From a virus (Duplodnaviria; Caudoviricetes): a stretch of DNA of 64,000 nt. The DNA is taken from IMG/VR virus record IMGVR_UViG_2974670102_000001, positions 32,001 to 96,000 of that record. One strand, written 5' to 3'. The notes under the pieces were generated by a model, which saw only the letters and a program-made list of their open reading frames with translations, was not told the DNA's origin and searched no databases. Within the stretch, counting starts at the first letter, position 1. Each line of letters begins with the position of its first letter. Made by a program: the position numbers and the translations under genes. Positions 19,392 to 28,325 of the stretch are shown in pieces.

Positions 19392-19786
19392 TATGCGCTG
19401 AAGAAGATGCGCAGGTCTTTGCCGATGCGCTGGATCACGATGCGGTGCTGGCCCTTGCACGAGAAGTTCGGGCGCGAGAGAACACCCTTGTGCACCATCA
19501 TCTTGTACCCCATCTTGTTCAGGATGTTGATGGTAGCCTGCGCTTCGTCCTCGATTTCGAGCGGATTGCTCTTGTGGAAAAGATGGTTCCTGCCCATCGA
19601 GTAGCGCAAGCGATTGCTGCCGAGAGTGGTGCGCACGTGTTCGAGTTCGTGATCACGTGCGGTGTCAAACTTGCCATCGACCTCGACATCTGCTGCGACA
19701 GGAGTTTCGTGGCCCGGTGCCAAATGCTCGGCGCGGGGTTCGGGTGCTGTCGCGAGCAATCGCTTTGCTGCTTCTACTGCAAACAT
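19391..19786 (-). CDS. putative head protein with N-terminal VEAAKRLLA motif
   Basis: 131 aa, AGGAG RBS, late motif at 19838. Confidence 0.7.
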   Translation of the reverse strand: MFAVEAAKRLLATAPEPRAEHLAPGHETPVAADVEVDGKFDTARDHELEHVRTTLGSNRLRYSMGRNHLFHKSNPLEIEDEAQATINILNKMGYKMMVHKGVLSRPNFSCKGQHRIVIQRIGKDLRIFFSA

Positions 19787-19848
19787 ATTATCTCCTGAGA
19801 TTAATGCAGTTTGGGGGCACTAGGCCCCCGGTACTACTTAAATTGCGG

Positions 19849-21402
19849 TCAGTAGCTGTTGGCCACCACAGCACCACGGGCCACGCCGTAGGCCGGTGAG
19901 AAGCGACCCCACGCGGAAGCCGGAGTGATGGTCACGCCGACTGCGCCGATAGCCCCCTGCGCCAACCGAGTCGGGTCCTGAGAACCGTCGCCGCTCGTCT
20001 GCCCCTTGATGATGAGGTTGATCTTGATGTCACGCAACTCGTTGTCAAGGCGCTGCTGGATGATGCGTTGGGCCTCGTCCAGATAACGCGTACGATCCAC
20101 GCTCAACGAGATCGCAGCGCCTTGGAAGTCGAACGCCTTCTCGCCCTCAGCCAGAAACTGCGATTGAAGCGCCGCCATTTCGGCTTCCAGCAACCAGAAC
20201 TCACGAATCACACCACGAGCATTCGTCATCGTGAAGTTCGTGAACTTGCCGTACGCACCGTTGAACGCGTCCATGCCGCGTCGCAGCCACGTCAGGATCG
20301 TGGGGTGCGGATACAGCAGGTCGGGCGTCCCATAGAGCGTCGTGCGTGCCTTGTTGATCTTGGCCTTTACGTCCGTGATCGCGGTCATGATGCTGGGGTT
20401 GATGATCCAGAGGTCTGCCGACTCCTGAACCACGTTCGCTGCGTTGTTGCTCGCCCAGTATTTCCAGACCACGGTGTACGGGATCAGGGTGACTGCGAAG
20501 TCCGAAGTCGACACCACACCCGAGAACACGTAGCCGTTTGCCGTTCGTTCGTAGTCGGTGATCGGGGTCTGGGCCGCGACTTGATTGCCGTCGATCCAGA
20601 TTTCCAGAGTCACGTTGTCGTACGGCTTGTCGACGCAGATGCTGAGTGTCGCGGGCACGCCCTTCAACTCGACCTGCGGCTGCGTGCCCAGCGGCACCGT
20701 GTTGAGGCCGACGACACGCACGTTCTCGAACTGATAGAACCGATTCTGGCCCGGCGTGCCGGTCAGTGGATCAGCGCCTATGCCGATGTCCTGCGGAAGT
20801 TCCAGCGTGTAGCGAAGCTGATACTTCTGGCCTTCCAGCGACGGGGGAACCGTTGTCGGAATCGAGACCACGGACTGGGCGACCACCATGTGCGACAGGC
20901 CGTCGCTCTGGACCGTGTACGAGAACGCGTTACCTGCGGCGTACACGGTGCCATCTGCGGCCAACAGTTCCCAGACGACAAATCCGCCCGTAGGATCGGT
21001 CTCAGCCGGGAACGTATAGACGGAGGTTGCGATAGCCGCGTTCCCGGCCTCGATGGTGTCCACGAGGTCGGTGAATGCTTCAGGGTTCTCCGTCTTGTAC
21101 GGAACGAACGACGGGTCTTTGGCAGTGATCGCACACACCACAACGAACGTGCGTGCCTGTGTCGTGACCGTGAGGTTGACGCCGTAGCTAACACCGTCTC
21201 GGCCCCCCTGCGTCAGCAGCACAACCTTCGGGTTAGTCGGGTCCGACGTTAGTGTGGCGGTCAGCGCCGGGTTTGTGCCCGGTTCCGGTGTGCCGACCAA
21301 CACGTTGGTCAACGTCTCGCCCGGGTCCAGCAGGGGCGAAATGTCGACGTTGATCGACGTGTCGGTTTCGGGCACTTTGAAGAATACAAAGCGCCCGTCC
21401 AT
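19849..21402 (-). CDS. putative neck / head-completion protein
   Basis: 517 aa; beta-rich N-terminus, helical adaptor-like C-terminus (FDFQGAAISLSVDR); structural context. Confidence 0.5.
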   Translation of the reverse strand: MDGRFVFFKVPETDTSINVDISPLLDPGETLTNVLVGTPEPGTNPALTATLTSDPTNPKVVLLTQGGRDGVSYGVNLTVTTQARTFVVVCAITAKDPSFVPYKTENPEAFTDLVDTIEAGNAAIATSVYTFPAETDPTGGFVVWELLAADGTVYAAGNAFSYTVQSDGLSHMVVAQSVVSIPTTVPPSLEGQKYQLRYTLELPQDIGIGADPLTGTPGQNRFYQFENVRVVGLNTVPLGTQPQVELKGVPATLSICVDKPYDNVTLEIWIDGNQVAAQTPITDYERTANGYVFSGVVSTSDFAVTLIPYTVVWKYWASNNAANVVQESADLWIINPSIMTAITDVKAKINKARTTLYGTPDLLYPHPTILTWLRRGMDAFNGAYGKFTNFTMTNARGVIREFWLLEAEMAALQSQFLAEGEKAFDFQGAAISLSVDRTRYLDEAQRIIQQRLDNELRDIKINLIIKGQTSGDGSQDPTRLAQGAIGAVGVTITPASAWGRFSPAYGVARGAVVANSY

Positions 21403-21777
21403 TTAAGCACCTGCCGCGAGACGTTGTGCCGCCGTGATCGTGGGGGCCGAGTACAGGTTCGGGCCCGCGCCCGTGTCTTCATCCGGGTCCTGCACTTCTT
21501 CGACGTTCGTGTCGATCTTCGGCGGTGCGTCGGCCGTATCGATTTCGTGCTCCGGCTTCGCGGCTTCGGCGTCGTCACCGTGGAGCGATGATGCATAGAG
21601 GCGCGTTGCCGCGTTGAGTTCGATGGTTGCAGTTGCGTTCGTCATGATTTGCTTCTCCATTTTGCAGGCTGTGCACCACCCATCCGGACCACCGCATTTA
21701 GTGCGCATGCCGTCCGGACGTGGGCGCACGTGCCCATGACCCGAGTTCGGGTTGTTGATGTCAAAATCGAAACTCAT
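21403..21777 (-). CDS. putative head protein: N-terminal His/Cys module plus two AAxRL motifs
   Basis: GHGHVRPRPDG...CGGP..WCTAC, then ELNAATRLY and ITAAQRLA; internal ATG at 21645 with GGAG RBS. Confidence 0.65.
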   Translation of the reverse strand: MSFDFDINNPNSGHGHVRPRPDGMRTKCGGPDGWCTACKMEKQIMTNATATIELNAATRLYASSLHGDDAEAAKPEHEIDTADAPPKIDTNVEEVQDPDEDTGAGPNLYSAPTITAAQRLAAGA

Positions 21778-21783
21778 TTTCGA

Positions 21784-22620
21784 TTACTTCAGTGCGGGCG
21801 GCAGGTCGCTACCCAGCGGTGAATCGAATCCTTCGTCAGCCAGCATAGAGGCTGCGGCTTCGCAAACCTGCTGAACATCCCGAAGGGGCGTTGTGCGTTC
21901 AAGGCTGTCAGGCGCACAGAACTCTTGGTTGATCTGCACGAAGTAGCCCGAGCCCAGAACCCATTGCAGCGATACGTACAGTGTCGGCACACGTCGGCCG
22001 TCATCGGCCTGCGCACCGCTCAGCATCGTATACGACGTGAAGACAAGGGAGCCAGAAGCATCCACGTTCACGTACAGGAACTGTTCGGTCCCGGCACACC
22101 GCACGTGGTTCTCCAGTTCTTGGGCCAGCGCCTGACGCACGTGATCGAAGGCTTCGGGCACATGCTGGTGTGCAACTGCCGACAAGAATTCGAGGACCCG
22201 ACGAATCTGGTCTTTACCCTTGGCCTTGAGTTCGGCCAGTACCTGCTGCACACGGGCCGCCACTTCACCACGTCGATCAGGGAACTGGAGCGCCACCTGA
22301 GCCTCAACGGCTTCAAGTGCGCGATACTGGTCATAGATTTCCTCGGCAGTACCATACTGCGCATCCAGCTTCTTGACGTGCGGGACGACCACGCGCTTGA
22401 TCGTCGCGTCGACCGAGGCTCCACGCAGACTTGCTGTTACGTTCTCCTTCGGTTTCGTGAGGTAGGCCACTGCCTGTTGCTGGACTCGAATCAGGTTCTC
22501 GGACTCGGACACGTCGTCCCGAAGCTTGTCCAGATAACGCGATACGTCATCCAGATAGCGGAACTTCGGTAGCTCCAGCGTGCACGCGCGCGGCTCCTGA
22601 TAGGTCTTTGGCTTTGCCAA
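21784..22620 (-). CDS. hypothetical protein
   Basis: 278 aa, TTG start with AGGAG RBS. Confidence 0.7.
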   Translation of the reverse strand: MAKPKTYQEPRACTLELPKFRYLDDVSRYLDKLRDDVSESENLIRVQQQAVAYLTKPKENVTASLRGASVDATIKRVVVPHVKKLDAQYGTAEEIYDQYRALEAVEAQVALQFPDRRGEVAARVQQVLAELKAKGKDQIRRVLEFLSAVAHQHVPEAFDHVRQALAQELENHVRCAGTEQFLYVNVDASGSLVFTSYTMLSGAQADDGRRVPTLYVSLQWVLGSGYFVQINQEFCAPDSLERTTPLRDVQQVCEAAASMLADEGFDSPLGSDLPPALK

Positions 22621-23856
22621 TTACGTTCTCCTGATACCTGTTACGTTGTCCCGTGCCATCAGCGTGGTCGGAGGCTTCGTCTGGGTGCGGGCACGGCGTG
22701 GTAGCAACCGGAAAATTTCCTGTGGCTGCGTTACCCGAACCATGGCTTCCCACCCCAAGATGTTGCGCTCACGCGTGTTCCACGGGTTGGTGTTCTGCAC
22801 CATCAGAGCCTTGCCAAACTGGCGCTCGACGATGATGTCCTCGGTGTCGGCACGCGGACAATTCGGGCTCATGATGATGTTGAAGGGTTCGTCTTTCTCC
22901 AGAAGTGCCGTGTTGTTGCCGGACGGCCGCTTCGGAAATTCAAAGTACACCGACTCTGCGCTAAGCCCGAACTGTAGTTCAAGGTGCGTGAATCGTGTAA
23001 AGCCGGAGGCCCCTAGAATGTGTTGACGCCCATCACAGAACTGCATGAAGTGCTGGGCGCTGCGGATCGGCACGCTGTCGACCGTGAAGCGTGCCGGTGT
23101 CGGCTCTGTATCGTTCCAGACGCGCAGCGCGTCAACGAGTATGGCACCGCGCGGCAGCACCACCCGCACGTCAAAGCCCGTTGCGTCCACTGCTAGAGGC
23201 CGTGCCAGCGTGTCAATAACGCCGCCATCACGCACCTGCACGTCAGTACACGTCAACACCTGCCGGTGGCCACGGAACGGGGTGTACCCACCAATGTAGC
23301 CAGAGCCAAAGCAGATCGGGCACGAGTTGTCGGAATGCCCCATCATACCGGCATCGAGATCACCGATGGCCTCTTCGACAGTCTCAGCCTGCACCGGCCC
23401 GTTGTCACCAAACCCGTTTCCGTTGATCAGGTCTGCGAACGGTATGTCGTCAAGATTCTCTGCGTTGTCCGGGTGTACCGCAACGTCAAAGACGCCTTGG
23501 TATTTGTTGTCCGGCGCGTTCGGGCTCGACTGACCTTCCGGGACCTTCCGGTTCTGGTTGTAGGCAGTGACGTTGAATTCCAGCGCGCCGCTGATCATCT
23601 GGTTGATGGCACCGAGGCTGGCCTTGCCCTCTTCGTTGAGCAAGCCGTTGATGCGTTTGCGCCGGGCCTGACACGTGCACGGGCGACCATTCGTGAGTTT
23701 CGTGTACAGGATAGACTCGATACCCTGCGGTCGAAACGCGTTGTAATAACGCTGCTGCATGACCGGCAGGATTTCTTGAATCGCCTTTTCCGCTACGTCG
23801 GCTGCGCGAGAGTTCGCGGCCAAGATGCGGTTGTTGTTTGATTCGCGTACGGGCAT
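22621..23856 (-). CDS. putative neck / head-closure protein with Zn-binding motif
   Basis: GGAGG RBS before ATG 23856 (MPVRES); CTC...CPICFGSGYIGGY motif seen in myovirus neck proteins; late motif at 23884. Confidence 0.55.
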   Translation of the reverse strand: MPVRESNNNRILAANSRAADVAEKAIQEILPVMQQRYYNAFRPQGIESILYTKLTNGRPCTCQARRKRINGLLNEEGKASLGAINQMISGALEFNVTAYNQNRKVPEGQSSPNAPDNKYQGVFDVAVHPDNAENLDDIPFADLINGNGFGDNGPVQAETVEEAIGDLDAGMMGHSDNSCPICFGSGYIGGYTPFRGHRQVLTCTDVQVRDGGVIDTLARPLAVDATGFDVRVVLPRGAILVDALRVWNDTEPTPARFTVDSVPIRSAQHFMQFCDGRQHILGASGFTRFTHLELQFGLSAESVYFEFPKRPSGNNTALLEKDEPFNIIMSPNCPRADTEDIIVERQFGKALMVQNTNPWNTRERNILGWEAMVRVTQPQEIFRLLPRRARTQTKPPTTLMARDNVTGIRRT

Positions 23857-23931
23857 AAGCCCTCCTAAACTATCACTACTGCATAAAATTGCGAGATCAA
23901 AACGGCAATAAGGGGCGCAAGGCCCCAAGTT

Positions 23932-24294
23932 TTACAGCTTGTACATGAGTGACGACGCACAGTGCACACCGTACCGCAAATCCGGCATCACGGTTTTCGT
24001 GCTGTGCACCTTCACGTTCTTCGGATCGAGCATCCGGTCGACGGTGATGAATCCATCCATGTTGATGGTGATTCGGTGCCCACGGCGTCGATGGTTGAAG
24101 TCGACGGACCGTGCGTACCAGCGCGTCTCCCACAATTCTTTGTGTTCCTCAGCCGTCTTCTTGAGCGCATCGATACAAAGGTCCCAATTGCGGTTGCGCT
24201 TGGCGTGTCGCGTATCAGGTTCTGCGTGATGTTCCCAGAAGAAGTGGGGCTTCGAGCCTTCGTGGACGGTGTGCGAGCGGGCTGGACGCGTCAT
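23932..24294 (-). CDS. hypothetical protein
   Basis: ATG overlaps the dCMP deaminase stop (ATGA). Confidence 0.55.
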   Translation of the reverse strand: MTRPARSHTVHEGSKPHFFWEHHAEPDTRHAKRNRNWDLCIDALKKTAEEHKELWETRWYARSVDFNHRRRGHRITINMDGFITVDRMLDPKNVKVHSTKTVMPDLRYGVHCASSLMYKL

Positions 24295-24740
24295 TCGCCC
24301 ACCTTCCGGACGATAACGCCCGATGCTTGCAGGAGAGGAAGACCGTTCGACCGCTCGTATACGTGCTGGTACACGACCTCGCGAATCTTGGCCCGGATCG
24401 TGTGGAGTGCGCACGGAATGCACGGCCCGTGCGTCGTGTACATGCGAGCGCCTTCCGCGCTTGCGGTCGATCCCGAGAACTTGGACAGTGCGTTGAACTC
24501 AGCGTGCATCACCGTCGGCTTCGTCACCATTTCGAGGCGAGCCACACCGTGTGCACATTCGGTGATTGCATGAAACCGCGTATCGTTTTCGTGGCCCGGT
24601 GGCGTTCCGTTCCAACCCAGCGTGATCATGTCATCCGGTGTCACAATCGCGCAACCGACTCCGTGCTTCGGGTCCACCGACATGGATGCCGCAGAACTCG
24701 CGATCTCCATGTAAAGCATGTCTTCGTTCTCTCGTTGCAT
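24291..24740 (-). CDS. dCMP deaminase
   Basis: VGCAIV, GWNGTPPG, HAEFNAL, PCIPC zinc deaminase motifs. Confidence 0.92.
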   Translation of the reverse strand: MQRENEDMLYMEIASSAASMSVDPKHGVGCAIVTPDDMITLGWNGTPPGHENDTRFHAITECAHGVARLEMVTKPTVMHAEFNALSKFSGSTASAEGARMYTTHGPCIPCALHTIRAKIREVVYQHVYERSNGLPLLQASGVIVRKVGE

Positions 24741-24789
24741 CTAAATCCTCTGTAAGTGATGTAGCTAAACATTCTACATCACCTGCAAA

Positions 24790-25005
24790 TTATTTACTAC
24801 CGTTTTCTTTCGAATCCAGTAGCCGCTCGGCCGCGTGCAGTTCCACACCGCCAGTCATCTTGTGGTAGATGTAGTTCTGCAATGCGTACTTGTTGTCCGG
24901 GTGGGATTTCTTGGCAGCGTCCCCTGCCTTGTCCCACTTCTTCTCCAGCGACTCCTTGCTGCCCTTTCCTTCCTTAACGTCGTGCTTGATCATGTTGTTC
25001 GGCAT
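24790..25005 (-). CDS. small basic protein with C-terminal ELHAAERLL motif
   Basis: 71 aa; MP...KE.LEKKWDKA pattern; GGAG RBS. Confidence 0.7.
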   Translation of the reverse strand: MPNNMIKHDVKEGKGSKESLEKKWDKAGDAAKKSHPDNKYALQNYIYHKMTGGVELHAAERLLDSKENGSK

Positions 25006-25023
25006 TTCAGTCTCCGCGTTGAA

Positions 25024-25581
25024 TTACACTTGCGAGTGTTGTTCGGTGTTTTGTTGATCTTGTTCGATTTCGTGCGAATTGTATCGAGGCGTGAGATTTC
25101 GGAAGAAGTTGATCGTCTTCATCGAGGGATCGTCGTTTAGCAACGCCTTGACGCCAACGTGCAAAGGCTGCACATCGCTTACTTCGTCGACCCAAACTGC
25201 CTGCGCCGTTTCCCAGTTCAGCGTGGGCTCGAATTCGTGCGGTACGATTGCCAGAAAGTTCTGGTAGCTCATGCCGTGGCCACGGAATACGAGAAGGGGC
25301 ATCAGCTTGACGGGGCCACGATACCCTGCTTCTTCCTGCACCTCGCGGCGCACCGCCTGTGACACGTTCTCACCGTGGTCGACAGCACCTCCCCATGTCC
25401 CCCAGCAGTTCGGGTCGGACACGCCCTCTGAACGCAAAGGCATCAGGAATCGCCCGGTGTCGGCCGCCATGATCAGGCACCCGGCACACACCTTACCCCA
25501 GTAGTTAGGATCGCTAGTCACGAGCGGGGGCAACCACTCGGTATCGCGGATATCGGTCAACAATCTGTACGCTGCTTCCAT
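25024..25581 (-). CDS. Nudix hydrolase with N-terminal MEAAYRLL motif (possibly virion-packaged)
   Basis: Nudix box GGAVDHGENVSQAVRREVQEEAG; late motif at 25604. Confidence 0.88.
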   Translation of the reverse strand: MEAAYRLLTDIRDTEWLPPLVTSDPNYWGKVCAGCLIMAADTGRFLMPLRSEGVSDPNCWGTWGGAVDHGENVSQAVRREVQEEAGYRGPVKLMPLLVFRGHGMSYQNFLAIVPHEFEPTLNWETAQAVWVDEVSDVQPLHVGVKALLNDDPSMKTINFFRNLTPRYNSHEIEQDQQNTEQHSQV

Positions 25582-25626
25582 TCTGATCTCCTTGTCTATG
25601 GCATGAAATTAGCCTCCGGGTATAAC

Positions 25627-25652
25627 AAAAAGGCCCGCACTAGGCGAGCCTT
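25627..25652 (-). terminator. Rho-independent terminator
   Basis: AAGGCCCGC...GCGAGCCTT with a T-tail on the minus strand. Confidence 0.6.
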
Positions 25653-25656
25653 CTCA

Positions 25657-26655
25657 TCACTTGAACACGTCGGTGTTGCCGTAGTGTTCGGGGACCTCTA
25701 CGTCGTCGTCCGGAATCGTGGTCGGCAGACTGTCGGTATCCCACGAAGCGCGGAGTTCGGTTGCCGGGGGCAACTTTAGTGCGTCACGAGCAGCGCTTGC
25801 TGCCGCGTGCGCTTCCTCGTCGCGCGCCGTATCGAACACGCGTTGTTGGGCGACTTCGGCCTCGGCCTCGAACAGGGTCTCGGTCGGGGACAGGAGAACC
25901 GGGGCCGTGAGCGCCGACAGGGCTTCCAGACGGTCGTGCAGTTCGATGTACTCGTCTTGCAGTTCCTTGCGCCCGAACAGCGTGGCACGGATGTGCTCTT
26001 CCGGTGCTCGGAAGTTCGGGCCCTTGAGGACCTTGCCATGCTCGTTCTTCGTGGCCGTGCCGTCCGGATTCAGCTTCGTAAAATTCGAACCCATGATGCA
26101 GTGCAGAACCTCTTCCAGCGGAATGCCAAACTTCAGGGCCTCGCTTCGGTTGTACACGTTCATGTCACCCAGCCAGTCCGCGATCATGACGAGTGCTTCC
26201 TCGTCGATGTTCTGCATCACGTTCTCGTGGAACAGGCGTTCCGGGTCCTCGTACACGGTGTTGGCATCGAGCGCGATGGTGGGCTGCATCGCCTTCTGCA
26301 TCAGGGCCACGAGATTCGAGATTCGGGCACCCGGAACACCAACCTTCTCGGACAGCGCGACCAGTTGCTCGTGCGTCGGCTTCTGCTTTTTCTTCACCCA
26401 CTCGCGGAACACCAAGAACGCGAGGATTTCGCGGCCTTCGTGCATTTCCTCTTCCAGCGTCTTCAGGAACCCGGTGATGCGCTCGACCGGCGATTCGCCC
26501 AGCCCGTTCAGCGTGGGCTCCCGATTGACCGGCAGGCCGTACATGCGGTTCATCTTCAGAACAGCCCACGGGAAGAAGTGGCCGATCTCAAGACCGGATG
26601 CTGCGAAGTCACGCGCGGCCGAGCCGACAACGTGGTTGTATTCCTTCAAATCCAA
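25657..26655 (-). CDS. MazG-like all-alpha NTP pyrophosphohydrolase (DR2231/PRA-PH-like)
   Basis: EEEMHE...ADWLGD...SNFTKL...GKVLKGPNFRAP. Confidence 0.85.
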   Translation of the reverse strand: MDLKEYNHVVGSAARDFAASGLEIGHFFPWAVLKMNRMYGLPVNREPTLNGLGESPVERITGFLKTLEEEMHEGREILAFLVFREWVKKKQKPTHEQLVALSEKVGVPGARISNLVALMQKAMQPTIALDANTVYEDPERLFHENVMQNIDEEALVMIADWLGDMNVYNRSEALKFGIPLEEVLHCIMGSNFTKLNPDGTATKNEHGKVLKGPNFRAPEEHIRATLFGRKELQDEYIELHDRLEALSALTAPVLLSPTETLFEAEAEVAQQRVFDTARDEEAHAAASAARDALKLPPATELRASWDTDSLPTTIPDDDVEVPEHYGNTDVFK

Positions 26656-26670
26656 AACGACTCTCCTTTG

Positions 26671-27399
26671 TTAGCGCGTATGCGAGCGATACGGATACGG
26701 CGCGATTTTGCTGATAACGTCAGCGGCGTGTTCACCGAAGCGGTACGCCTTTGCCTTTTCGGGCGACGCGAACTCGATGCCGTCGACAACGGTTTCGGGA
26801 TCACGTGCGTCTTCGAGTTCCGGCCCCGGAGCCTGACCTGCACCGTCGTCACTGCTGTCCGATACGCCGGGGGCCGAGATCGTGAGTGCGCCACCTGCAT
26901 TGGTGATCACCACGTTCGGGTTGCCCGAACCGAAAGCGGGCGGGTTCGAGCCGTGTTGCAGCGTGCCCTTGTGCGCTACCGGCATCGTGTATGGCTGCGG
27001 GGCGTTCGGAACGTTCGGGAATGTGACCGCCGCAGGGGGCGGTTCGTACGCGCGGCGTCGACGGTTGCGTGCGTCCATAGCATCGCGCTCGATATCGGCA
27101 AGCACGCCGTCGAGATCGATGCCCACGGCCTTAGCTGCTTCCGGCAGTTTCATGCCCGCGACAACGGATGCCGGTGCTTCCGGCAGCAGCGAATCGATGT
27201 CGCCCTCGGCAATCGCGTTCAGCACGTCGTTGAAGTTGTTTGCCTCGATGGCCAGCGTGCGCATTCCACGCACCAGATGCAGAGCAGCACGCAGCCCGTG
27301 AACGTATTCGACGGGCGCACCTTTCTTCGATTCTTCCAGAGTGTCGATCACGCGTTCCAGTGTCGGTACGCCACACGCTTTCTGATAAACGTCAGTCAC
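26671..27399 (-). CDS. hypothetical protein
   Basis: 242 aa ORF coupled to the upstream gene. Confidence 0.65.
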   Translation of the reverse strand: MTDVYQKACGVPTLERVIDTLEESKKGAPVEYVHGLRAALHLVRGMRTLAIEANNFNDVLNAIAEGDIDSLLPEAPASVVAGMKLPEAAKAVGIDLDGVLADIERDAMDARNRRRRAYEPPPAAVTFPNVPNAPQPYTMPVAHKGTLQHGSNPPAFGSGNPNVVITNAGGALTISAPGVSDSSDDGAGQAPGPELEDARDPETVVDGIEFASPEKAKAYRFGEHAADVISKIAPYPYRSHTR

Positions 27400-27676
27400 T
27401 CTTCTTCTCCTTCTTGGATTTGGGCTCGGATACGATTACCTCGAATTCGAGTTCACCAGCCTCCGAGCGTTGGGCCAGCAACTCCAGATGTGCCGCGAGT
27501 TTGCGCAGGGCCTTCGCGCTCGAAGGCAGGCTGATGCCCTGAAAGCCCATCTTCCAGACATCCGGCTCCTTTGCCGTAGTGTACTGCTGGCGCACCGAGA
27601 TCAGCTTCTGCCCATCATACTCGATGGGATTGATGTAGATCGCCTTGTTCTCACGGACCTTGAAACGCTTACCCAT
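27392..27676 (-). CDS. PC4/p15-like ssDNA-binding protein
   Basis: EYDGQKLISVRQQY...W...QGISLP matches the PC4 signature. Confidence 0.8.
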   Translation of the reverse strand: MGKRFKVRENKAIYINPIEYDGQKLISVRQQYTTAKEPDVWKMGFQGISLPSSAKALRKLAAHLELLAQRSEAGELEFEVIVSEPKSKKEKKSD

Positions 27677-28088
27677 TGAGCACCGCCGTCATGAAGAGAC
27701 GGTGACGCTGCTCCGTTAGGTTCAGGCGCTTGGTGCCCTCTATCACTATGGGGCGGTGCTCCGGGAACTGGTCGTCGATAACGAATACCCAGTCGGCTTG
27801 CTCGAACAGCTTGAGCGGTGCGTTCTCGGCGCTGGGCTCGCACTCTTCGCGGAACTGCTTCGGGTCCATGACCATGATGTAGCGCCCGGTTGCGCGACCC
27901 GCTCCTGTGCGGTACTTGCGGTATTCGGCAATCGCATGCTTCCACACGCGATGTGCCGCGCGAGGCGCGACGATGGCGATGGGGCCACCGAGATTGAGCG
28001 GCTTGTGTTGCTCCAGTGCCGTGATCACTTGCGACAGGCGGTCGATCCGCGTGTTGCTCAGGTCAAGCCCCACTTCTTCTTTACTCAA
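27669..28088 (-). CDS. hypothetical protein
   Basis: 139 aa, TTG start with GGAG RBS. Confidence 0.6.
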   Translation of the reverse strand: MSKEEVGLDLSNTRIDRLSQVITALEQHKPLNLGGPIAIVAPRAAHRVWKHAIAEYRKYRTGAGRATGRYIMVMDPKQFREECEPSAENAPLKLFEQADWVFVIDDQFPEHRPIVIEGTKRLNLTEQRHRLFMTAVLNG

Positions 28089-28097
28089 AACGCTCTC

Positions 28098-28316
28098 CTA
28101 GTCCAGAAACCGATGGGTCGGGCCGTTGTCGTCGATGAACGTCAGGCCGTGTTGATCTGCGAGATCATACGCGTACGCCTTGGCAGCGTCAAGGTCTTCG
28201 TACTCCCATACGTTCCGGGAGGCACGCGAATAATCGTCGAATTCGTAGCTCCACGCGAGCACCAGATACAGAATCTTGGGGTCCTTGCGGCTGTAAATCA
28301 GAATCCACTGTTGCAT
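28098..28316 (-). CDS. hypothetical protein
   Basis: 72 aa, GGAGG RBS. Confidence 0.65.
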   Translation of the reverse strand: MQQWILIYSRKDPKILYLVLAWSYEFDDYSRASRNVWEYEDLDAAKAYAYDLADQHGLTFIDDNGPTHRFLD

Positions 28317-28325
28317 GTGGCCTCC

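Noticed and set aside
24759-24780. GATGTAG...CTACATC inverted repeat upstream of the dCMP deaminase
   Set aside because: Only a 7 bp stem in a single occurrence; cannot be distinguished from chance or a simple leader hairpin.
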